Assembly: GCF_964355755.1 (NCBI RefSeq)
Contig: NC_092680.1
Location: forward strand, 14,641,045 to 14,705,044
Length of the DNA stretch: 64,000 bases
Direction of reading: 5' to 3'
DNA from: Antedon mediterranea
Taxonomy: Eukaryota > Animalia > Echinodermata
The position numbers and the translations under genes were made by a program. Below, piece after piece: positions 28,401-43,400 of this stretch (positions within the stretch are counted from its first letter, which is position 1; every line of letters starts with the position of its first letter). The notes under the pieces were generated by a model. That model worked only from the letters and a program-made list of their open reading frames with translations. It ran no database searches and was not told the origin of the DNA.

Positions 28401-31400
28401 AGGCTAGGTTAGAAAGGCAGCGATACCATTATGAAAGTTCGACAGGCAACTAGAACTCATCTCGGCTAACGTTTTTTCCAATGATTCCACATCTTGTAGA
28501 GATTAATTAATCAAATACATACAAACGATTTAAAGCTAATTTAAATTCCTTTTTTGGTCTAATTTAGTACATATATCTCTCCAAAAATGTACACAACATT
28601 CAATATTCGCGGAGGAAAGTACAAAATAGATTTTTTTTTTTCGTACATGAATGACCATTCAATAGTGCGTATTATTTTACACCGTGTGACCCACAATCAT
28701 CTATTCAAAAGCTGAACTTTCTTGCCATTGGTTAGTGGATCAGTCAATTTTTACTCTCCAAAAAAAGAAATTTTTTAATAAAATAAATTGAAGAATCCGC
28801 ATGAAAATAACGTTGAATTACAAACAAAAAGTAACAATACAATCTAATAATAGTTGTATCGTTTACCGTACCAGAAGTACAAGTAGGCGCGCCCTACATT
28901 CTTATCAAAGACTTCCCCCTGACGTTCGCATTAAACGTAAAATACGATTCCTAGCGTGCTATGGGAGTGCCATCTAGGGGTGCCACTAAACTAAATTTGC
29001 TTCGTCAAGGCCCCATGAGGGAGGGGGATGTGGCTCAAATACTTTGTGTCCAAACCAACACCATGTAATAACTAGAAAGCCACTCCGAGAGGGCATACCT
29101 CCGCCTACTGTAAAATTCTCCTACATAAGATTTCTCCGGTAAAAAAAATATATATATATATTTGTGTGTGTCTTAATGCTGTTTGTGATTTAGGCTAATT
29201 TCACTACAAGCATGTGTATGCGAGTTTGGTGTAATGGTTATGTAACAAGCGTTTCAATTAACAATAGCCAGGGCTGCAAATTAACTTTTTTACTTGGTAG
29301 CACTATCAAATTTGTATGATGGCTAATAATAATTTTTGGTAGCACCACCAATTTTTTTAGTAGCACCTTTTCATCGACAACTAACCCCCTTCCCTCAAAC
29401 CCCATCCGCGCAGATCCGTTTTTAGTTTAGGGGGGGGGGGGGGGGGGTGTATAAAAATGAAATACAGTACAACCTTAGGCTGGGGGTCAGGGGGCCGCCA
29501 ATGGTCCCGCTTTGGGGGGGGGGGGCGATTTTTGAGTAATTATAGGTTGTTTCAATCGATTTCTGAGCACATAAAAATTCAGCACTGAAGAATTCAATTA
29601 ATTTGGGTTATGCACATTTTTTAGGCACTGGTCCTGATGCGCCACTTATATTCACGCAAAGATCTATTATTGTTACGGTACAGAAAGAAATTACTGCTTT
29701 GTATATACGCGTAACCTTTCGTAGCCTACGCGTAAATAGATCGTAGGTTATTGTTCGCTAAACCATGGAGGAAAAAAATTCCTCCATTGGCTAAACATAT
29801 CCTGTAATTTCCAAAGTATTGTTCGTTGCCATGCCTACGATTTTATGATAATATCTACGCGTCGATCGTACGGTTTGTAAACACCAATGTCATCGCCTTT
29901 AGGTAGGAGCATAAACAATGGAAACAAACATGTATTGTTGGCTAATTAAAATCCTAGACGTTAATTTTTGTAGCCGCCCTACACATCGGTTGTCCTAATT
30001 TGGCAGGACATCCGCCGACGAGACGAAATCGGGCCCTCAGCTCACGCAGAGAGAGTTTCGGCGGCCTACATGGTTCAATCCTACCTTGGTTTAGCGAATT
30101 ATAAAAACAACACCACCTTGGCTAGGACACCAACAAAATATATGCAAAATAAATATATATTCCATGTTAAGATTTAACATAGGCCTTTGTAAATTATTAT
30201 TACGACAAAAGACCCGACCAGAATTTGGAGGGGAAAAACGTGCGAACCGTGGGAACAGTTTAGAGCTGTATTACGTTTCATGCGACGCAAAATTCAGGTA
30301 CACTGTTTTGTGTAGCCATCCCCCTCGTACCGAGTAAAAAAAAACATGCGAGAGGTTTGCGGTGGTAAAACCATGGATTAAAGAATAGAAGGATATGCAT
30401 CGACGGTGACATCAAACGATTTTACAACGCGCTTGCCTATACTAAAGCACTGCTGCCAATCAAACAAACACGTTCATTGAACTCCGTGTCTCTAACCGCG
30501 GCCCTCTGTAAAACGCTGCGAATCAACTGTTACATTTTTTGAGACCAAAACGTAACCATGTAGAAATCGTATGCGCAGTCTGAATGTTCTATTGACATGT
30601 CTGCGTCGATGATTAATTGATAACAAACATATATTGCTGAATAATTCTGTTTTAGTTTCATCACAATCGGACTACGAAAAGTTCACTTTCTTACGACTGG
30701 TAATTTTAGGTAGTTGGTAATATTAATAAAATATGCCATTTTTATATTTGAATTATCATTATTTGCCTGCCATCTTCTGTCATTAAAAATTGCGTTAATC
30801 TATAGAATATTAAATTATGCATTTGACCATGTATGTTGTTAGCGTGGCCGGTGTTCAGACATACATCAATCGTGTTTTTTAATATATGGCTAAGCAGTGG
30901 TTTCTTCATAAATCTCCTTAATTATCGATGTGATTATATTTAAACTGTAGTGCCTGGTGATTGGCTAGTGGTTATGTCATCCACATCACATCCAATCACC
31001 GGGCCTAATTGAATGAAAACAGCGATCCCTGATCCGGGATTGGCTGGCTATGTATAGTTGCGATTCGTTACCTAGCGGTCGTTTTGAAAAGTACACGCAG
31101 GGCAAACTTGATCACGAACAAACGAAGTAGGCCTACCTATTATTATTATTCACACAAGAAGTAAGACAACGGTGAGTATTTAAGATTAGCCTAGGCCTAC
31201 CTAGGCAGTATCAATGTCGGCAAATCATAGGGTTTACTAGCCCAGTTTAGCCTAGTTAGTACAAGGCCTGGGCCTAGCTAGGCTAGCATTCTTGCTGATT
31301 TTGTAATTTTACAACAAATGAGACAACTAATAGTTATTGTCTCAGATGTAGGGCTACTACAGGTCATAAAATGCTACTTTAATCATCATAAAAAAATCAT

Positions 31401-34400
31401 TAGCGTAGATCAATCGCGGCAGAAACCAACATAGTCAATAGTTGACCATCTACAAACATCATGCCACCAAAGAACGCGCGAAAGAAGCGTAGTAGCCAAC
31501 AAGGTTAAATGTCGTTGCACATGTGCAGTAAACAATATATTAGGCACGCGACCGTTTCGTTGTTACCATGCGGTTAATTAAACTGTAACATTGTGGGCGG
31601 TCCGCGGTCTGTCGGCGAGAGTCAAGGAACCCTTGATCTCACGTCGATGCATATCCTTCTATTCTTTAATCCATGGTAAAACAGAGTATCGCGTTTCATG
31701 ACATGTGACCAAAAAACTAGGTCTGTATTAATTACGGTCTTCTGTCGGCAGTCTTTTTGAGCGACCGATTGAACGTTCTGATACTATATTTAGAATGAAT
31801 TGTTTTCGATCTTTTTGTTTGCATGTTTCTGGATCGACTGGACGTTCGCTATATTATTTTTATTAGTTGGCATAGTTCATTGTGTTGGATCGTGTCTCTA
31901 CGTTTACATTGTGGAAAATTTATATTCGCCGTTGAGAGTAAAAAAACACACGAATGAAATATTTACGAATAAAAACTATTATGTTATATATTTCTTAGTA
32001 ATGTACAAATTGGTCCTCCTCCGTCAGTCAAAAATAACACATTAAATAATAATTTTCACACCTTGTTACTTACTAAGAACATCGTGAGGTTGTTTATTGA
32101 GGTTACTAACGAAGCCAAACAATGTAACCTACAAAGCCAACATAGCCTGTTTTATCTACGAAGCTACTTCGTAGGAAAAGTTGCGGTATTTTCTCTGATA
32201 TATAATTTTCGATAATCAGAATCTGGAATAAAGTATTAAATCTACTGATAAACAATACTGTTGTTTAATCTATATAATGAATAGATATTATTATATATAT
32301 CATCAATTACATTATTTATTAATCATGATATAACCATTTATACTGCCTAAAAAATGCTGATGACTGCGCGGCGACAATCCTTTGTATCTACCGCGCCCGC
32401 CCTGGCTAACTTCTGTGTACGGCGGTACAATTGATTTTATATTCCTTCTTTAAAACAGGTGATTTTCCACGAGGTTTGTGTCGTCCGCGCGTCACACTGT
32501 GCTGTGTGTTTGGTGTCCTTTTGTGTGATTGGATAAGGCAGCATGCAATAAATGGACAAACTTCGAATCACAACGAGTGTAAAATGTTTAGGGGCTTTGT
32601 ACGCTTGAATGAACCTGACACCTTTGCGGCGGCGGTGACTAGTGGAAACTCCTGAGCCTTCCGTAGTGGAGAGTTTAAATTACACAGTGTTTGAAATAGG
32701 GAAAACACATCCGACTTCAATTTGAAACAACTCGCACAAGCAGATGATCTTGTCGCGCTATGCGCGACCTATTCTGTTTCTTTAGTCGCAAACAGAAAAA
32801 TTAGGTCGCAAATGCGACCAAATACCCCTTAATTTGCAGCCCTGATAGCTTCAGTTGACTAACAATAGAACAGCAACGCGAAAATCAAACGAGTGAATTT
32901 GAAAAGAAATAGGTTTTTTAAACTACTCGCATCAAAAAACGTGCACATTACATCAAATTATGTTTTAAAATTACAAATCACAAATTATAACTCTTGCCTC
33001 TTGTTAAAAAATGAAGTTTTTTGGACAAGTAGTTCTCGAGAAAATGCAATTTCAGTTTACTTGTTACTTTAAGACTGCTCGCCGGCTTTTGAAAAATTCT
33101 GTCCTATCTTTTAACACTAGCAGGTCTAAAAAAGTATACTAAAAAGTGGTCCAGAATTGGGACTGTGGTCCCAAATGGTCCCGAAATTTAATGGAATGGT
33201 CCTTGACCACATATCTATCTGTCTATTCATTTTGGTAAAGATCTTGTAATTACTTTTTGAGTAATCCTGCTACTTGGCAAAATATATCCACTGACTCGGA
33301 GCATGTTGAAAGATACATTTTTTTTGCTTTAGGTATTAGCTTTACATTGTTAAAATCCTGCTGAGGTTAATAATTTGTTTAAATAATTTTTTGATACAAA
33401 CAACTCCGGCATTGCAACAATGACCTTTCTAAAATCAAGATTGACCAGAATAATGATCGAGGAGTGTCTTGAAGCTGTACCGATTTGCGGCGCCTCTGCC
33501 TTAACCCATGTAGTAATATATCAATTTACCTGAAAATCAATAGGCATGTTCTGTAAGTATATACCTGATGAAATAAGGAAGGACACACGCTGGTGCTAAC
33601 AAAACTACTTATCAACTTACAATAGTTTAATTTGAATAACAATAGAACAGCAACACCAAAAACAAACGGGTGAATTTGAAAAGAAATAGGTTTTTTAAAC
33701 TACTCGTATAAAAAAGCTGGTACACTGAATCAACTTTTGTTTTAAAATTAAAAATCACAATTTATAACTCTTGCCTCTTGTACAAAAATGATGTTTTTTG
33801 GACAAGTAGTTCTCGAGAAAATGCAATTTCAGTACACTTGTTACTTTAAGACTGCTCGCCGGCTTTTGAAAATTGTCTCCTATCTTTTAACACTAGCCAG
33901 TCTGAAAATAATATCATTTTTGTTATTTGTCAAGTTATTAATAAACCAATTTTGTTGATTTTCAATAGGCATGGTCTGACAATATATACCTATCTACACC
34001 CAAAAATTCAGAACGATAACTTGAAAACTGTAGGCGCTATCGTGCTAACAAACAAACAAACATACAAACATACAAACATACATACAAACAAAGTGAATAC
34101 TATACTTGGCAAAATTCTTTTTGCCAAGTAACAAACAAACAAACAAACACACGCTACCGATTACATATACCTCCTTGGCGGAGGTAAATAATAATATATA
34201 ATATATATACCAATATATATATGAATTTGCCAATTCCAGCAACAAGTGATCAAAGGCGCTGTGGACTTCGATGTTACATCTTTTCAACAACATTCGTCTC
34301 CCCTAAGGGTCACATCGTGTCATCGGCAGCCAACTACGGCGCCACTACGTCTGTCCACGACTGTGTGTGTATGAACTAGTACACCGGGGTAACCCGGCCC

Positions 34401-37400
34401 TACTCGTCTCGAAAGATGTACTAGGTTCATGAGCAAGATGTACACAGGACCTACGGTTTATAGTCCTTGAAGACTTGTTCTACCACCAGAACCATGGAGC
34501 GAGTGAGCCTCGAACCCTTGCCGATGTTATGGCTATGGATTACGGTTCCACTGTCTTAACCGCTCGGCCACACTCACTCATAATGGTGTAACATGTAATG
34601 GTACAAATGATGGCATGATGTGAAATATAACCTTTCATCATTCATCAAATGCGATTATTTGTACCATTACACGGATATAAAACATTCATTATTTGTGTTA
34701 TATAACATCTAAATAGATTAATTCATTTGAATCAGATTGAATAAAAGGTAGGCCTACGCTAGGCCTACATTTAATTCACATTGAAACAGTAACATTTATT
34801 TGTTTTTTATAATATATTAAATAATAATCATAAATATTATTTATTTGGATTTTATAAACACACGTTTGCAATGTTAAATATTATGTCAACAAACAACCAA
34901 ATAATCCTAGAGGCATAGCTGGGCTAAAGCGCTTAGGCCTAGCCTAATACTAAGAGGCCTAGCTAGGCTAGAAAGACAGCACCATTATTAAACTTCGACA
35001 GGCAACTGGAACTAATCTAGGCAAATTTTTTTTTTTTCCAACAATTCCACAATTTGTAGAGATATTCCCAGTAAATAATCAAATCATACAAACGATCTAA
35101 AGCTAATTTAAATGCTTTTTTTGTCCAAATTTGTACACATATCTCTCCAAAAATGTACTTCCGTCAATTCCAGTCATCACACTGAATCTTTGCGACAGAA
35201 GTACAAAATAAGTGGCGCTGTTGTATTTCAAAAGCAATAGTGTAAATGAAAATATTTTCCAAACGCCATCTATTATGGCAATACAACAGAACACTGAGTT
35301 TGCCAAGATAATAACTTGTAACAGTCCTTTGGTCTTATGTCTGGCTGCGACAATAGTACCGTATGTACATATTCTCTACAGCACAGTCTGTCAACCAAAC
35401 ATTTGAAGTCAATTGGCCAATCAAAAATCAGTTGTCATTGGATTGATCGTGTCGCAGCCACAGATTTCCAGAGCTCAACAACCTGTTGTTTGATTGTCAT
35501 GATTCTACTAAAGAAGAGTCATGCATGATTTATATCCACAATTTTTGTATAATACTTATTTTCTTTCTTGTAGAGTTTGGATAGATTGCGCATTGAATTA
35601 GACCAAGAACGTGATCATTATTCAGAACAATGTCATCAACTTCGTGACAGTGTTCGCTCAATACGACAAGAGCGAGATGAGCTTCAAACAAGGTGTCAAG
35701 AGTTAGAGACTGTAAGATCTCCATTGATTTTATTAGCATTTAACAGCTCCATATTATAATTTTATAATAATTTATCCTGTTACTGACATTACGGTCCCAT
35801 TCAAAATTTATGTTTTCATTTTCCAGTTTTTTGGCATGTTATTTTTACTGTTAAGCAATAAATTGATTAAGTTTTTGTATAATGCGCTATATAAAGCCTG
35901 AATTATTATTACATATATTACACCAGTTCCTGAAGGTAAAATGGCCACTGTCACTTAATGTCTACCGCCCTGTTGCATTAACTTATTAGTGTAAAAAAAG
36001 TATGTATGCCACTACACTAACAATAAAGCATATGAACGCTTTTCGTGAAAAGAATCATGAACAGGTAAAGCAGAAAAACAAAAATTAACTCAATGATTTT
36101 TACTCAAGATTTGATAACACTGACTTTAATAATGAAATTAATCTTAAAACTAAATTAAATAATTATAAAAAAGGGGTGTGAGCAAATTAATATCTGATAA
36201 TGTAGTTTGTAGTGTATTTAAGTTAAAGTTAAAAAATCATCAGGTCAAAACCATGTCCCCAACAAAGTCCTTTAATACTGTACTGACGAACTTGCTGCAA
36301 TATTTTGTCAAATTTTCTAAATGTCAATAAACGAAGGCTTATTCCTAAAATAATGAAGACTGCATATATTACACCAGTTCCTAAAGATAAAAAGGCCCTG
36401 TCACTTAATGGCTACCGCCCTGTTGCATTAACTATTATTTATAGGTCAGTTATCCAGAGTATAGTTTTTTGTTTAATTTGAACTTTTGGGAATTTTAGTA
36501 AATAAAAACAATTTCTTTTGACTTAAACTTAAGTACATCTGACTCATAGTGTGTTTCTTTTTTTGGGCTATTATTTTGTCAGAAACATAAGAAAGCCAAC
36601 AGTGACCTTCATCAAATGACACTGATGCACCAAGAAGAGCTGGATGATTGGAAAACATCATGTGAAGAACTGACAGAAAACATCAGTGAAAAAAATAAAG
36701 ACATTATGATGTTAACAGAAAGAATTGAAGAAGCAAGTGATAAGGTAGTATTGAATTATTTAAAACCACATGCATCATCTCATTCACATTAGCTTATGCT
36801 GCTAAGCGAATGCTGCTAAGCTAAAAGCTGCGTTCATTATAGCTTGTGAAAACTGATTTCACAACTTGCAACACACAAGTGAAGAGTGGCAAACCAGGAT
36901 GAGATGACCTACAGCAAAACCAGCCAGTTTATTGATGGTTTCATAGACATATGGATCTAGTAGGCCTAGCATTTCCAAATACACATATCTGTAAACTTTA
37001 TACATTGCAAATTATGATGTTTATAAACAAATCACTTTAGTTGAAATAGTATTACTTGGGTCGAAATAAATTACAATAAATAGGTCTGCTTGTTTATTAT
37101 CAGCCATGATTCCACACGATTTGTGCAAGAGGAAAAACGTGTGGGCTGTGAAATACACACTTCACAGTGAATGCAGCACAAGTCCTGTTTAATTAGGCAT
37201 ATTAAAGTAGTGCTTAAAAAAGACTGTAAAAATGAAAAATGTTGTACCTGCCAGTAACATAATATTAACTTATTTAACAGTTAACAGAATTGCATGGCGA
37301 GAACTCTGCATATAGAATCCGTCAGGAAAAATATGATGAGTATCAGAAAGATGTGAACTTCCTTCAGGAAAAACTACAAGAATTGACCAATCAACATGCA

Positions 37401-40400
37401 GAAGATCAACAGGTTATTTCATTGCTGGAAATGCAGAAGAATATATTGAGCAAAAATCTGGTAAGTTAAAAATTATAACTGCTTAATATAAAGTTAATTT
37501 AAAATTACCAGTACTTGTTACATACTGGTACCCATTTTGGGTAGGGAGGAGCAAGGTGGATAAAATCTTGCTCAAAGATGCGTTTACCAGACCCACTGGT
37601 CCAATACTCTATACCATTGTGCCACAGTGCAATTTACTTTTGGACTATTCCATAATTTAGCATCACAAGAACACTGCCAGAGCTATTCTTCTTCTTTCTC
37701 TTATGTCAAGGAAGTCGAGAGCGCTACAACTTGCTCGTTTTCATGGTTAATACTACCCCCAAACTATATGAATGTTTATATTATTTCCAAATAGAGTGCA
37801 TATTCAGCCACTTTGCAACAGAGATCCTGTGATAAAATGGTTCAAATTAAGGAACCTCTTTGCAGTGGCATAACTGAGGCCCCCTGGATCAGGAACCCTA
37901 AGTGGCCCTGCAACGCTGGAGGCCTTGGCTATATTTTAAAGACTGTTGTTTCCTCTGGACTCTACTCAGGGGCTCATGTAAGAGTTTAGCCAGTGAGCCC
38001 TCATAGCCTATTTGACGACTATACTTGAAAGCATATGTGTCTCTTATTTTTTAATCTTCTTGGTTCAGTCAACCACAGGTACGAAATTGAACACTGATCA
38101 TCTCAAGGCAGAAGTTGAGAGGTTGAAAGCTGAGCTACAGCTATCACAGTAAATATACTAGAATTGTGTTGTTTTCAAATGAATTAGATGTAATAATTTA
38201 TGGATATGGTTGCAAATTTTAAATTTGAGCATTATAATAATTTACATTCAGACGTAGGGTAAATAATTGAATATATATCAGAATACCTACAATGAATTGT
38301 AATTTGACCCACAAACTAATGTTTTCATTTATGAAAGACGTAATTTATTGCATTTTCAAACTCATTTAATTATTTTTACGTTTTTACAGGTATAAAATAT
38401 AATAAAAAGAAAGGATGAACCGGTGAAAAGTGCAATCTTTCTTGAAAAATCATTACATATTACAACTATCGATGATTAAGCCAATTTCCATTTGCAGGAC
38501 AGATTATATACTTTATTTCTTATTTAGGGATAAGATGATAGAGTTAAGAGCTGAAATTGATCGAACACAAGCAGAACAAAGATTTATTCCTTCATGCAAC
38601 AAGTGTGAGGAATATCAAGAATCAAATTCACGGTTACGAGAAATCAATAAAATGATGACAGACAGGTTGGCCAAGGTATGCTAATATTTTCAGATATGTA
38701 ACTTCAAGTCTGTCACTGTCACAAAAAAAATAAATAAGTACAAATAGACAAAGAATTTTACGTGATGGCACAAGACCGTGGCGACTGAACAACACAAGAT
38801 CAAATATAAATATAAACATATTAATTAAATAAATAAAATTTAATTAATATATGCTGTAATCTTGTGGGAGTTTGCTAGTGTTGAAGTTTTATTTGAAATT
38901 TGTTTCAAATATTGAAAATATTTTTGTAGAAGTTATAATTGTTGTGATATTTACAAATGTGGTTCCATAACATTATGAGCCATGTATTTTATGGAACGTT
39001 AACTATTTATGTGCTTTGTGCCAATGTAATTGAGTTGTATGTTTGTAAGAAGACCTGCTTTCATCATACTCATCATTTTCCTTTTCCTCTGAAGCTATTG
39101 ACCAGACCTAAAATATTTTTGATGTCTTCTCTACACCTCTTTTGTCTTCCTCCTCTTCCAGTTTTTGGTTGCCTTTATGTGACTCAATTTTTGCCCATCT
39201 ATTGTGTTGTGTTGAGCAGTGTGTTGGACTATTAATCCTGAGTTCGAATCCAAAGCTTGTCGCATTACTGGTATCCTTAGGCAAGATACTTTTACTTATG
39301 TTTGCCTCTCCACACCCAAGTAATGGGTACGTGGTAGGTCAAAACACAACTGCGCTGATTACTGGCTGCAACATTATGGGAGTGTGTTTCCAGACATGTT
39401 TATCCAAAAATGACCGGAGTAATACTGTTGAGCACTTAAAAGTTTTGTGCATGCAGGCCTATCAAAATAAACTTATTTTTTTTAGATTAGATGGAATTTA
39501 TTTAAAAAATAAATCATAAGAACGGTCATTTCATATTCAAGCTTATAAACAATTTTTTATTTTGTAATTGACAGATGGAGACACATGCTGAGGTTAATAG
39601 CAAACAGGCATCTGAAATCAACCATTTTAAGGTGAAATCTGAAAGCCTCCAAGAACAGATTGACATGCTTCAGGACCTGAACCTTAAACTTAGTAAGCAA
39701 GTTGCCAAGCTTGAGTTAGATAACCTACAAGTGTCAGAGAGGGCGGGCAAAGCTGAAGAACTTGGTAACCGTTACAACGATCTTGATGAACAGAACCAGA
39801 CACTCCAAGAGTTGAACAAGGTTTTGACTAATAAGGTATTTTATGTGATATTTGCTTTTTGTGAATTCTGTTATTGCTCCAAGTTTATCTTTGCTTACAG
39901 TAAAATGCATACATGTACCAGTTGTTAGAAGGGGATTTTTACAACCTAATTATAGAATCGTTTGCCCTCTTTGTGTTGGTGATTAGATATTGATCATGCT
40001 TTATGTACACATTAATTGGTTACATGGATCCAAATGAGATGAGATACAGCGACCAATATTACATTTTTGTACTTCAATGTATGCCACTGATTATTAATAG
40101 TATTATTTATAATCTAATTATGCAATTAATATCATCATCTTCTTAAACGCTGTCATGTGAAGTGTCGTTAGACATTGCACGTCTCACTTGTGTTCGCCAC
40201 AGTTCCGTTTCCTTTTTAATGTTTACCATCTATGTTGTTTTGGTCTTCCTTTTGGTCTTTCGTTGAGCCTCTCTGAGTGCAATCTTAACTGTGTTTTCAC
40301 TTAATCAGAGTATATGACCATACCATGTCAGCCTTTTTTCTTTATATCCTTAATACTCCACTCCACTCAATCTCTCCTGTTATTTTATACAGATCTTCAT

Positions 40401-43400
40401 TTTTCATTTCTCTATTCTCTTTTATTATTATCATGCGGTAGTGATACTGTCATTGGGCACAGTTCACTATTATACAAAATATATTATTGTAATTAATATG
40501 TTGATATGTATGCTTAATAGGCATGATAATATTTTTTTAATTGAACAAAGCTCAATCCATATATCGTTCACAATTACAAAATTTATCTGCTGTCTGCAGA
40601 TACACGGGATATAAACACAAGCCCGGGAGTTTTAATGTGATTATTTATATCTAAGATATAAATATAAATTCAGAAAATAATTATATTTATTTTTACATGT
40701 AAACAAATTTATTACATGTAAAAAGCCTGGAAAAAATTATGTCACTGTAATTGTAACAAAATTGGCTAAATGAAAAAATTAATTAATTTTTACATTTCAT
40801 TTCTATATAGATATCACGCTTAGAATTAGATCATCAATCAGTTAACCATACTCGCGAGAAAGAGCTATTTGATCAAAACCAGATGCTGACAGAAATCAAT
40901 CAAACGCTTACAACAAAAGTGTCAAGGCTAGAAAAAGAGAAAAGGGAACTTATAATGAAACAGCCAAAAGAACAAATGGTGTCTCTTAAGGAATTTGACA
41001 GGTTTGTTATTTGTTTTATACAATATATAATAGAACAACAAAAGACAGAAACATATCCATTAACTAGAAAATATATTTATGAACTTTCAATTTTATTTTC
41101 AATATCATTTCAAATTGTATCTTTCAATTTCTAATTTCATGTTTCATCTATCAAGGGTTGAACGTGAAAAGGACAGAGTAATTTCGGAGTTGGAAATCAT
41201 TAGTCATGATTATAAAGACCTACAAGATAGACACAAAGAATATGTATCTGAGCACTTATCCAGAACACTGGATACATCTAACACTATGCCACCTGAATCT
41301 AAGGGTAAGCACTTGTCCAGAACACTGGATACATTTAACACTATGCCACCTGAATCTTAGAGTGAGCACTTGTCCAGAACACTGGATACATCTAACACTA
41401 TGCCACCTGAATCTAAGGGTGAGCATTGTCCAGAACACTGGATACATTTAACACTATGCCACCTGAATCTTAGAGTGAGCACTTGTCCAGAACACTGGAT
41501 ACATCTAACACTATGCCACCTGAATACTGGATACAGTGAATGCATTTTGAATTTTTTTTTGTACACTAAAATAAAAAATAGAATCAATCAATCATCTTGG
41601 AAATCTATGCTTCATTCATACAGAATTTATACTAATTTCTGTTTTCTTCATTATCACACATTTTTGTTAATGTTTTATTTTCTTTTTCATTTAATTCTTC
41701 AATAATTCACTAGATATGGATGAACATAGTTTAGCAGGAATTGGAAATGGTATTCAATGTTCTTGGTTCATTTTTGTTTAGAATAGAATCCATAATAATT
41801 TCACATTGTCCCTCATGAAACATCTGACCTCATCCTCCATAGAAGACCTTAACAATATTGTACTCTGAAATCGGTGTATTTTATTAATCTGTCTATAAAG
41901 CATTCAATAGTGTAAAATAGATGGCAAGGCAACGTTAGCTCAATTTTATTTGCTAATGCTGAGTACACAATTGCACACAGTAGTATGATAGTTACTATTG
42001 TTGATTTTATTGTAGTTTTTTTTATGTGAATTATTATTTTTTGTTTATTTGTTATTTTGTTACTTTTTTGCTACAAAATGTTTTTATGTTTGTATATATT
42101 CTCAGACCGTGTGTCCAATGCTGGTTGCTGTTGTTGAGGGATGTTAAAATGTTTAAAATCACAACCAAGCCTTTAAATAATTGGCAAAATAACCATGCAG
42201 ATAAAACTGAATAACTTCTGGAATATCTAATAATGTTGTCTTTTTTATGTAGAAGTGTACGATTCTGATATTCGAAAACTTAAAACGGAAAATGAGTCAT
42301 TACGAAGGCAGAATGACCTCTCCCACAGTCAAACGGTGATTGCAGAAAATGCACGCAAACGAGCCGAAGATAGAATCCGTAAGGCACTCAGATTTAAATT
42401 ATCTCCTAGTAAGAGTAGTCCAGTAAAGAGTCCTAAGAAAGAGGAAGTTTATTCGGAAAATAGTGAGGAATATTAACTTTTCTATAGTGGTTTTGTGACT
42501 TAGCACTAGTCATAGTTAACTATTAATGTGTTTTAATTAGGCTTTCATATTTTTATTTTTGTAGGTGAATTCTTTGCAAAATTCTTAAATCATCTATGCA
42601 ATCTTAAAATAAATATAAAGAATATGTTAATATAAATAAGAAAGTAGATTATATTGTTTCTCTTTTTAATAGTATCTTAATTCTAATCGATCCTTCTTTT
42701 TTATTTATGTTCTGCAGTATATTTCTTCCTGAAATGTATTGTAAAAATTGCTTTAATAAAATAAATACAATTTATATAATTAAAATAATTCATAGTCATT
42801 TTAATATTTATTAAATCATGGAAAAAATTGCCAAAATCATTGAAAACATGAATATTCTAACTGCATTAATTTTGTAAAATATATTTAATGTTTTAATATA
42901 AAGTAAATAGATGGAAATTGTATGTATAGCTACAGTACTTTGTTATGAACTTTGTTGTACAGTTTAAAATTGACATACATGGTAGACACACTTTGGTGCT
43001 TTCTGTATATAACACACAATTTGTTATTTGGGTATCAATTATATGCAACATTTCCAACCACAACTTCTTTCCAATTCAATTCAGTCTTATAAATAATAAT
43101 ATAAATATAAATGCTAAAATATTGTATGAAACAATAATATTAGATTGTTATGCTTTATTCAACTTTCACTTTTTTACAATCAACAATTAATGACTGTCAA
43201 TAAAATAGTAAAATAACAATAAATAAATAAAAGCCAAACATTCAATTACAATTTTTTATATTGTATTCAGGGTTTGAATATAAATGTAATGGGTATTTTT
43301 TTACCAATTTGTTAAATTATCTATTTAGTATAATATAAAATATTTTGTGGTCATGTAGTTACTGTAGATTTTATGTAAGTAAACTAATTTCTGGTCAATT

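Larger units (their letters stand above)
29069..34188 (+). mobile_element. Helentron/HINE (DINE-1/pearl-like) non-autonomous element hosting nested insertions
   Basis: The 5' subterminal TACCTCCGCC (~29096) is complementary to GGCGGAGGTA in the 3' hairpin TACCTCCTTGGCGGAGGTA (~34168-34186). An (AAAC/ATAC)n microsatellite precedes the 3' end, and there is an internal duplication (~32850-33130 vs ~33635-33905). Confidence 0.6.

Noticed and set aside
39050-40450. ORFs 38957-39519 and 40314-40496
   Set aside because: They look like antisense readings of decayed RTE-like LINE fragments in introns and are too degenerate to delimit reliably.
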